A DNA stretch of 64,000 nucleotides from Candidatus Zhuqueibacterota bacterium (GTDB taxonomy: Bacteria > Zhuqueibacterota > Zhuqueibacteria > Thermofontimicrobiales > Thermofontimicrobiaceae): NCBI GenBank assembly GCA_049322915.1, contig JBMOPW010000014.1, positions 541,527 through 605,526 on the forward strand, written 5' to 3'. Every line of letters begins with the position of its first letter. Positions within the stretch are counted from its first letter, which is position 1. Under the pieces are notes generated by a model. The model worked only from the letters and a program-made list of their open reading frames with translations. It ran no database searches and had not been told where the DNA came from. This document shows, in pieces, positions 30,223 through 38,203 of the stretch. The position numbers and the translations under genes are program-made.

Positions 30223-30639
30223 GTGACACTTCATTTCTCAAACCTGAATCTCTGGGCTATTCTTGTCTGTATCGTCAGCAATATGGTCATTGGTGGACTG
30301 TGGTATTCGCCGATTCTGTTCGGGAACATCTGGCTGAAAAGCATCAACAAGAAAGCGAGCGACATCAGCAGAGAAGACGCTAACAAAACCATGATGATTA
30401 GCCTTATCCCGGCGATCCTGACGGTCTTCTTTCTGGCAGTCACCATCTCTTTCGTCAACGCTGTGACTGTAGTCGATGCGTTGGTTATTGGAACACTGGT
30501 GAGCCTGGGTTTCATCGGGATGAATCTCATAAATTTGGTTTTGTTCGAAAATCGCTCGATGAAACTCACGCTGATTAGCATCGGGTATTCATTTGTCTCA
30601 CTGAATATTGCCGCTGTCATTCTCACTCTGTGGAAATAG
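30223..30639 (+). CDS. DUF1761-family membrane protein
   Basis: NLWAILV...IGGLWYSPILFGNIW motif, four TM segments; GGAGG before GTG 30223. Confidence 0.75.
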   Translation: MTLHFSNLNLWAILVCIVSNMVIGGLWYSPILFGNIWLKSINKKASDISREDANKTMMISLIPAILTVFFLAVTISFVNAVTVVDALVIGTLVSLGFIGMNLINLVLFENRSMKLTLISIGYSFVSLNIAAVILTLWK

Positions 30640-31099
30640 CCGCGATTTACCAATTGGGCGCCGGGACACGTGCACGGGATGGCGCTGTCGGAATGAACTT
30701 GCGCCGTCCCGTACAATGTGTGGCGTGCCGGAAAAATTACCGACCTGAAATTGCATCGGTTGCCCTGTGTCAATTGACCGCTTTTAACTCATTGCCTCAG
30801 TGAGACTCGTATCCCCCCATGATTCGATTCAGCCCCCAATTCGAAAATTAGCTGTGCGTCGTAGTTCACGGGACGATTCGATTGCGCCTGGTTTTTGTAA
30901 ACGTGAATAACGCAGCAGTGATCCAATTTTAACAGCATCGGAGTCCTGAAAAAATAGCGCAAGGTTTTTTCGCAGATGCCGTCTAATGAATTGAAACAGG
31001 ATGAAATTGTCCGAGTGGTCGGCGTCGCCGCCCTGTTGATGTTTCAAGTCGCATGCACTATTTTAACAAAAAATAATTATAACCTGAAAGGAAAAACGT

Positions 31100-31609
31100 A
31101 TGAAAACAAAACTGAGTTTGGGACTGGCAATCGCTGTCATCGTGATTGCGACTGTGGTGTTTGCCCAGATTCCGATCAAAGAGCGACAGGCCAGACAGCC
31201 TCGTCTGGATAAGCTTGAATTGACGGATGAGCAGGAATCGAAAATTCAGGATCTCCATCTTGCTTTGCAGAAAGAAATTCTTCCGATGACGAGTAAAATT
31301 CGCTCACTCGGGGATGAGATCAAACAGGAAATGATCGCTGAAAAATTCAACCAGTCCAAAGTGAAAGGCCTCATTGAACAGAAAGAGCAGATTCGAACTG
31401 AGATTCAGTTCAAACGAGCGCTCAATCAACGGGCAGTTCGCGAAATTCTGACTCCGGAACAGCAGAAGAAATTTGACCTGGGTGTGCTGCGCATGGGAAA
31501 GAGAATGGGAATGCGATTCCACGGCGAAGACAGGCGGCCCGGCCGACCCATGCGCATGGGCATGGATCAGCCGGAACCGGAAGCCCCACTGCCTGATCGG
31601 GAACAATAA
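31100..31609 (+). CDS. Spy/CpxP-family periplasmic protein
   Basis: Signal peptide; LELTDEQESKI and ILTPEQQKKF LTxxQ motifs. Confidence 0.8.
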   Translation: MKTKLSLGLAIAVIVIATVVFAQIPIKERQARQPRLDKLELTDEQESKIQDLHLALQKEILPMTSKIRSLGDEIKQEMIAEKFNQSKVKGLIEQKEQIRTEIQFKRALNQRAVREILTPEQQKKFDLGVLRMGKRMGMRFHGEDRRPGRPMRMGMDQPEPEAPLPDREQ

Positions 31610-31640
31610 CGCGATTGGCGCCTGTGTCGAATGAAAATAG

Positions 31641-31675
31641 AATGGAGCAGATTGAGTTTTGCTCCATTTTTTTTT
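31641..31675 (+). terminator. Rho-independent terminator
   Basis: AATGGAGCAG...TTGCTCCATT plus T run. Confidence 0.75.
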
Positions 31676-31771
31676 GTTTGTCCGAAACGCGCAGTGAGCG
31701 TATGGAGAATAGGAAGTGAAAAATTCGTGACTGTTTAGTCATTTTCAGTACACAAAGACTGCCCTCCGATC

Positions 31772-31866
31772 GTTCGGGATATTCATCCCGAACCGTGCGC
31801 ACATTCCGGGACATAGGTCCCAGCCATTGCCCGCGCTGGAAGGATGTGAACCATCCGGAAAAATGT
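31772..31866 (+). ncRNA. Candidate structured RNA (unassigned)
   Basis: 9-bp hairpin at 31772-31793, then a four-way-junction-like fold at 31801-31866; lies between two terminators. Confidence 0.3.
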
Positions 31867-31876
31867 AATTAAAACG

Positions 31877-31909
31877 AAACCGGGTCTTGAAAAGAGGCCC
31901 GGTTTTTTT
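31877..31909 (+). terminator. Rho-independent terminator
   Basis: AAACCGGGTCTT-gaa-AAGAGGCCCGGTTT (one bulge) plus T run. Confidence 0.7.
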
Positions 31910-32048
31910 ATGAGATGTCAATATTGTTTTCAAATAATGAGTTGATTCTTGGAAAAATTTTATTAAATTATCAAAATTACACCGAACAGGAATGTCGAAG
32001 GTTTAAATTCCAGTCATCTGCTATAACTATATTCCACAGGAGAATATA

Positions 32049-35000
32049 ATGATTGAAATTGCCGGTTTTATAGGTAAAATATTATCTGAAAAGGCGCTCG
32101 AAAAATTGTTGAACAACATTTTTAATGGCAACAAATCCGCGCTGCAAAAAGCGTATGAAAAGGCGTTTGAAAATACAGTTAATTATTACGAGTATAATTA
32201 CCGCAACAAGTATGGTGCAAAGAATAACCGCTTTTTTAACTACCAGTCCGCGGAAGAAGAACTGATTAAACTCACCTTTGTCCGCCAAAATCCTGACCCG
32301 GACATGCTGGCGCAGATTGAGTGGGAGCATGGTGTAACAACTCCCCCAAAAATTATTTTAGATTTTGTGAACTACCTGCGTTATCAGATGTCCCAATTCA
32401 GGGAATGCGAGGACATTCTCGTGGAAAAGGATAAATATCAATCGTTGATGAATATTGATAAAAATACAGATGGAATTGCCCGAAATATTAAAGAGCTCAC
32501 CAACCATTTTGTAAAAAAAGAACCCGAAGAAGATACCAGGCCGCTCCACTGGAAACACCTTTACAACGCCTTTAAAGACCGGAAGCTGCATGAAGTCTCC
32601 ATAAAACATGTTGGCGGTGGTTTGTTGGGACCGGAAACCCTCCCGCTGGAAGATGTATTTTTTGTGCAGGATGCAGGTTTTCGATGGCTGGGAATTGGAA
32701 TGAAATCTGCCAAAGTGCAGAAGAAAGAAAACAAAAACAGTGAACTGTTCGATGAGCTGACTGTTTGCGAAGGACATGTTTGGCGAGCGCTGCAGGAGCT
32801 GCAAATAAATACAAGCCATATAAGAAAAATTATGGATGGAATCGATAAAGAAAAAATTTTAAAAATTGCCGCCGAGTTTGCAGTAAAATATAATAAACAT
32901 TCAACGGTTTTCGGCAATCAGCATTTTCAGCAAATTGTTGATCAATTGGCCCAACGATTTGAGTTGACTTCTTCTCACATCATTGCCGCGTTGAGTCTTT
33001 ATTTTACAGAAACGATTAAACGCGAGCCAGTCCTTGATTTGCTGAAACCGCCCTGTTCCGCATTTGTTATCGGGGACGCCGGCGTGGGAAAAACAACGGT
33101 GATGCGAAGGCTGGCTCTGAATTTATTCCATCGACTGGAAAACGGCGAAGAAAATGTACCGCTGCCTTTATTTGTCAGGCTTGACAAGATCGAGGATTAT
33201 ATAAAAGAAAAACAGAGCATCCATCAAGGGAAAAAAGCGTTGCTGCAATATATCGCTGACCATTGGAAATCGCATGTCAGTCATGAATCCGACATTTCAG
33301 CGTCTGCCATTGAACAATGCGAATTACCCCTGCAAATAATGCTGGATGGGTTGGATGAAATCCCATCCGCCAATATCCGGGAAAAATTAATCCTCGTCAT
33401 TCGCGATCTTGTTCAGGGACAAACGTGCAATATTATTATCACCTCCAGGCCGACTGCCGTGGATACGGCGTTAATTAAAACTTCTGAATTAAATGAGATT
33501 CGCCTGCTGGAATTAACATCCAAACAAACAAATGAATTTGTGAACAAATTTTTTGAAATATACAATTGTCCGAAATCAGGCAAAGCCGACAGCGCCAAAT
33601 TCAAATCTGCGTTAGAGCTTTCCGACGCGGCCATGCTGTTTGCCGGCAATCCGCTTTACCTGACCGTGATGATTTTAATGCACAAGAAAAATGAGGTGCT
33701 GCCCAAAAAAAGGTTGGAACTGTATGCGGAATTTTACCAGATGTTGCTGTTGCAGCGTTCGACCGGGCAATTCAAAGGCAAACTGGCAGACAGGCCTGCG
33801 CTGCGCATTCAGGATGAAAAAATTATTCACTGGGGCGAGGCCGTTTATACGCCTCTGCTGCAATGGATCGCTTACCTCACCCACAGCAATGACGCAGACA
33901 GCGTTAGCATCGAGAAACAATATGTGATTGACGCGATTAAAAAGGAAGATTTGCAGCAGGAGTTAAAACTGATCAGCCTGGAAAATCTGGCAGAACGATT
34001 CATTAATTTTGCCGATGAAGAGCTGGGATTGCTGGTCTCGCGGGGACAGTTTTACGGATTCAGCCATCGGTCGCTGCAGGAATTTTTAGCGGCCATGCAT
34101 CTGGCTGATTATCAGAAAGAACCATCCATTGAACAGTTTTGGACGGACCAGGCGCTGAAAAAACCGGATCGCTGGATGGAAGTGGCCCGGCTGCTGTTCT
34201 GCAAAATTCTGGATAAAAAATTTTTCGCGACCTGGGTGCGGGATATAAACGATACAAAAGATCCCCGCGTGATCCGGTTAATTCAATCCATTATTTTCGA
34301 TCTGGAAGAGTTCTTTCCCGGGGGCGGCGGCATTCAGTCGCAGAAGGAAAGTGTGCAAAAAGCGCTTGTTTCCCGGCGGGATAAATCCCACGGCTCACCG
34401 GACATGTTCCTCGCCTGCTCCGATGCACTTGGTTCCATGGATGTTCCGCCAATTTCCATTGCCGATCCGCCTGTGGTAAAATTGGTGGCACGGGAGCCGT
34501 TCACCATGGGGATTAATTATTTCGATGATGATACGAAACCTGAATTTAAGGCAACTTTGTCACCCTATTACATGGGGCAATACCCGGTCACCAATAAGGA
34601 ATTTGCCGAATTTATCAACGATGGCGGGTACACCGAGGAAAAATATTGGCGCAGCAGTCATGAAATGTTTACTTTTGATGGAAAAAAAATTTTAGAGGAT
34701 TTAAAAAATAAAACTCCTGAGTATTGGGATGACGAACGATTTGGCAAAAAACGTCCCCTGGTCCCTGTCGTGGGCGTGAGCTGGTACGAGGCCATGGCGT
34801 ATTGTTTATGGTGGAATGAAAAATATGGCGCGGCATGGGCAGAAAGTCATGGTCGTAAAAAAATACTGGTGCGCCTGCCCACCGAAGCGGAATGGGAATT
34901 TGCTGCGCGTGGCTATTCAGGCAGAAAATATGCCTGGGGCGATGAAAATATTGAAACGGACAGGTGTAATTTTTCTTCCTCCAACTTAGACAGAACCTCG

Positions 35001-35300
35001 ACTGTCGGCAGCTATCCCCGGGGCAAAACGCCGGACGTCGATCTGTACGACTTGAGCGGCAATGTCTGGGAATGGTGCATCGATTGGTACAATGAGAAAT
35101 TTTATGCGGAGTGCAAAAGACAGGGTGTCGTGGAAAATCCTGTATGCGCCAGTAAAGGTTCGTACCGCGTGATGCGCGGCGGTAGCTGGGACTTCACTGC
35201 TGACTACTGCCGATCGGCGAATCGTAGCAGGGGCCGTCCTGGAAGGCGTAACAGCCTTGTTGGCTTCCGCCTGGTGTTCGTCCCGCAGTCAGTTGTGTAG
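32049..35300 (+). CDS. DGR target 1: NACHT/STAND NTPase + FGE-sulfatase (C-type lectin fold) domain protein
   Basis: Walker A GDAGVGKTT, Walker B MLDGLDEI, ITSRP, NPLYLT, FSHRSLQEFLAA; FGE motifs VTNKEF, PVVGVSWYEA, RLPTEAEWEFAARG, LYDLSGNVWEWC, RGGSW, GFRL. Confidence 0.92.
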   Translation: MIEIAGFIGKILSEKALEKLLNNIFNGNKSALQKAYEKAFENTVNYYEYNYRNKYGAKNNRFFNYQSAEEELIKLTFVRQNPDPDMLAQIEWEHGVTTPPKIILDFVNYLRYQMSQFRECEDILVEKDKYQSLMNIDKNTDGIARNIKELTNHFVKKEPEEDTRPLHWKHLYNAFKDRKLHEVSIKHVGGGLLGPETLPLEDVFFVQDAGFRWLGIGMKSAKVQKKENKNSELFDELTVCEGHVWRALQELQINTSHIRKIMDGIDKEKILKIAAEFAVKYNKHSTVFGNQHFQQIVDQLAQRFELTSSHIIAALSLYFTETIKREPVLDLLKPPCSAFVIGDAGVGKTTVMRRLALNLFHRLENGEENVPLPLFVRLDKIEDYIKEKQSIHQGKKALLQYIADHWKSHVSHESDISASAIEQCELPLQIMLDGLDEIPSANIREKLILVIRDLVQGQTCNIIITSRPTAVDTALIKTSELNEIRLLELTSKQTNEFVNKFFEIYNCPKSGKADSAKFKSALELSDAAMLFAGNPLYLTVMILMHKKNEVLPKKRLELYAEFYQMLLLQRSTGQFKGKLADRPALRIQDEKIIHWGEAVYTPLLQWIAYLTHSNDADSVSIEKQYVIDAIKKEDLQQELKLISLENLAERFINFADEELGLLVSRGQFYGFSHRSLQEFLAAMHLADYQKEPSIEQFWTDQALKKPDRWMEVARLLFCKILDKKFFATWVRDINDTKDPRVIRLIQSIIFDLEEFFPGGGGIQSQKESVQKALVSRRDKSHGSPDMFLACSDALGSMDVPPISIADPPVVKLVAREPFTMGINYFDDDTKPEFKATLSPYYMGQYPVTNKEFAEFINDGGYTEEKYWRSSHEMFTFDGKKILEDLKNKTPEYWDDERFGKKRPLVPVVGVSWYEAMAYCLWWNEKYGAAWAESHGRKKILVRLPTEAEWEFAARGYSGRKYAWGDENIETDRCNFSSSNLDRTSTVGSYPRGKTPDVDLYDLSGNVWEWCIDWYNEKFYAECKRQGVVENPVCASKGSYRVMRGGSWDFTADYCRSANRSRGRPGRRNSLVGFRLVFVPQSVV
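35156..35288 (+). repeat. DGR variable repeat VR1
   Basis: 133 bp colinear with the TR; 15 mismatches, all at TR adenines. Confidence 0.95.
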
Positions 35301-35401
35301 TTATTCAATTTTCCTGTGAGCAAAACGAGCTGTTTGAACGGAGTGAACGAGGCGGCGAGGGACGAGCCGCCGAGAGAGTGGAGTGAAAACAGCGAGTTGG
35401 G
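35289..35401 (+). repeat. Post-VR conserved element (IMH/hairpin region), copy 1
   Basis: 113 bp, 4 mismatches to 38019-38131; not present after the TR. Confidence 0.85.
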
Positions 35402-35456
35402 GGGGATGTATAAAATTAGTGAAAATACATTATAAATAGGCTGATTAGATTGAAAC

Positions 35457-35543
35457 CTGTCATTGCGAGGAACGTTTTTTGTGACGAAGCAATCCCCTTG
35501 GGCACAGTAGATTGCTTCGACAAAAACCGTCTCGCAATGACAG
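35457..35543. repeat. 87-bp palindromic element (GTCATTGCGAG...CTCGCAATGAC type)
   Basis: CTGTCATTGCGAG/CTCGCAATGACAG outer arms and CGAAGCAATC/GATTGCTTCG inner arms. Confidence 0.8.
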
Positions 35544-35599
35544 TATCCTAGAAAGATTTAGATGTACTATGCCAATATATTGAAATGGGCATCAATCGC

Positions 35600-35732
35600 A
35601 GGTTCGAACCGCGTGATGCGCGGCGGTAGCTGGAACAACACTGCTGACAACTGCCGATCAGCGAATCGTAACAGGAACAATCCTGAAAGGCGTAACAACA
35701 ATGTTGGCTTCCGCCTGGTGTTCGTCCCGCAG
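35600..35732 (+). repeat. DGR template repeat TR
   Basis: 34 adenines, 11 AAY codons in the target frame; all 99 non-A positions are identical in VR1 and VR2. Confidence 0.95.
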
Positions 35733-35862
35733 CTCACAGGAAAGTTGGATGACTACCTCTGAACAGATTGCTGTCCCACTCGCTGAAAGGCGATAAATAA
35801 CGAAACAGAATACACAGCGCTGGTAGGGCAAATGGATGTTTGTTTCGAAGGCGCTGTGTGTT
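35733..35862 (+). ncRNA. Putative structured spacer of the DGR template RNA
   Basis: Hairpins TCGC-tgaaag-GCGA and AATACACAGCGC(35809-35820)/GCGCTGTGTGTT(35851-35862) enclosing TGGTAG...CGAAG. Confidence 0.55.
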
Positions 35863-35900
35863 TGATAATTGGATTGTTTTCAAGAGGAAAGGTTATACAA

Positions 35901-38030
35901 ATGGTTGAGATTTTTAAGCCCATTATTGATCTGTTAACAAACCCTTTATCTCATTTATTTAAAACTCTCGGATTCGGTGACAAGGCGGCAAATGCCTTTG
36001 CAGCGGTTTTGCTTGCATTAATTTTCTATCTTATCATTATCTTATTGAAAGATCAATTTCGAAGGTTTAAAAATAGGCGCAGCGCCAGAGATTTAAAACC
36101 CGAATTTGATTATAAGACAATTAAAGGCTTTCGTGAAATTTTTATTCCCTCAAGATATGATCGGATTTCTCCCAATAGGTATGATAATCCCCATGAGGCG
36201 CATAAGCATAGTGAACCCCGTAAGCTTATTCCATTTATGTTAAAAAAGTCATTTAACGAACGGGTTGAAAATGAAAAGTTTTATTTAATTCTTGGAGACT
36301 CCGGGATGGGGAAGACCGCATTTATGGTCAATTTGTATATAAAATTTCATTCAGTTTTCAGATTCAACCGGAATCATAAAATGAAATTATTTCGTTTCCA
36401 GCCGCCGGATATAGATGATCCCGAAGACGTAATTGAGAGAATAAAAAAGATAGATCGCGAGGAAGCAAAAAATACAATTTTATTATTAGATGGATTAGAC
36501 GAAGACCCTTATATTTTATCCAAAGATCCGAAAGTCACCGATGACGCTGCTTTTGAGAAGAGATTAAATAATATCGCCAGCAGCACTAAAAATTTTTGTG
36601 ATGTTGTTATCACCTGCCGTACACAATATTTTCCACAGGAAGAGTTGCAGGATTATGTCCTTAGTATTCGAAAACCTGATGGCGGATTTTTTAAATTAAA
36701 TAAATATTACTTGTTTCCCTTTTCTGATAAAGAAGTTAAAAAGTATTTAAGAAAAAAATATGGAGTGCTCAGATTTTGGAACCGGCCAAAAAAGAAAAAA
36801 GCGAAATTGTTAGTTGAGAATTCTCATAAATTAATGTCCAGACCGATGTTGCTCTCGTATCTGGATGATTTAGTTGTTGAGGAGGATGTTAAATATAGAA
36901 ATTGTTATCAAATTTATGAAACGCTGATTGAAAAGTGGATTGACCGGGAAAGTAAAAAATGTAAAAAACCAAATGAACAGGAGAAATTTAAAAAAAATTT
37001 AAGAAAGCTGGCGCACGAAACTGCGCTGGATATGTACGCGAAATGGCAATCCGAGGGTGTGTTGTTTCTTAAAAAAGAGGATACCGATAACCTGGCAAAT
37101 AAGTATAATATTGAATTAAAACCTGAAGAGGTTAAAGGCAAGTCCTTGCTCACCTGCGATCCGTTGCGAAACTGGAAATTCGCCCATAAATCCATTCTTG
37201 AATATTTTCTGGCAATAGAATGTTTTAATAAATTGGAGTTTGCAGTAAACTTCAATTTCACCGGTATGGACATGGTGAAACATTTTTATGAAGAGATGCA
37301 GCCCTTTATTAATGCAACCGATTTTGTCAAAGTGGAATTTGGTGTTTTTAAAATGGGTGATGAGTATGGCGATCTAGGCTCTAGTGAAAAACCGGTGCAT
37401 GATGTAAAAATTTCCGATTTTTATATGAGTAAAACTTTAGTGACGCAAAAATTCTAGAACGATATTATGGGAAGCAATCCATCACATTTTAAGAATGGAG
37501 GAGAATACCCGGTTGAACAAGTGAACTGGGATGATGTTCAGGAATTTATTGAAAAGTTACACCAAAAAACAGGCATGAAGTTTCGTTTGCCCACAGAGGC
37601 TGAATGGGAATATGCAGCCCGCGGCGGCCACAAAGCCCCGGTAAAAGATGGCGTGCATGTTGGGAAATTCAGGTATGCCGGCAGCGATAACCTGGATGAA
37701 GTGGGTTGGTATGAAGGAAATTCAGATAAAAAAACTCACCCGGTTGCCGGTAAAAAACCGAATGAACTGGGGCTGTACGACATGAGCGGCAATGTGTGGG
37801 AGTGGTGTCTGGACTGGTATGATGAAAAATATTATAAAGAATGTCAGAAACAGGGTGTTGTGGAAAATCCTGAGTGCACCAGGGAAGGTTCGTACCGCGT
37901 GATGCGCGGCGGTAGCTGGAACAACACTGCTGACTACTGCCGATCAGCGTATCGTCGCGGGGGCAATCCTGTTAGGCGTTTCGACTTTGTTGGCTTCCGC
38001 CTGGTGTTCGTCCCGCAGTCAGTTGTGTAG
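35901..38030 (+). pseudogene. DGR target 2: TM + NACHT NTPase + FGE/CLec protein interrupted by an in-frame TAG at 37455-37457
   Basis: ORFs 35832-37457 and 37467-38030 share a frame; VTQKF*NDIMGSNPSHF spans the stop. GDSGMGKT, LLLDGLDE, FAHKSILEYF; FGE motifs downstream. Confidence 0.8.
37886..38018 (+). repeat. DGR variable repeat VR2
   Basis: 133 bp colinear with the TR; 15 mismatches, all at TR adenines. Confidence 0.95.
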
Positions 38031-38131
38031 TTATTCAATTTTCCTGTGAGCAAAACGAGCTGTTTGAACGGAGTGAACGAGGCGGCGAGGGACGAGCCGC
38101 TGAGAGAATGGAGAGAGAACAGCGAGTTGGG
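38019..38131 (+). repeat. Post-VR conserved element, copy 2
   Basis: Near-identical to 35289-35401. Confidence 0.85.
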
Positions 38132-38203
38132 TTTGCGGCGTATTGATAGAATTAAATCTATTTTTGGTCTATGCACGTGCGCGTAATGTTAGTCGTTGAA
38201 ACG

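Larger units (their letters stand above)
32049..38131 (+). mobile_element. Diversity-generating retroelement cassette (target1-TR-target2; RT and Avd not in window)
   Basis: One TR and two VRs of 133 bp with adenine-only mismatches; both VRs at the 3' ends of FGE/CLec domains. Confidence 0.92.

Noticed and set aside
30681..30710. GC-rich hairpin after the DUF1761 gene
   Set aside because: Single hairpin with no T-tail and no second copy seen; cannot be assigned.
35562..35762. 66-aa ORF resembling an FGE C-terminus (RGGSWNN...NNNVGFRL)
   Set aside because: It is the translation of the DGR template repeat (Asn-rich because of AAY codons), not a credible protein gene.
36857..36870. YLDD motif in target 2 as a possible RT active site
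   Set aside because: It lies in the NACHT helical region after RPMLL, with no other RT motifs.
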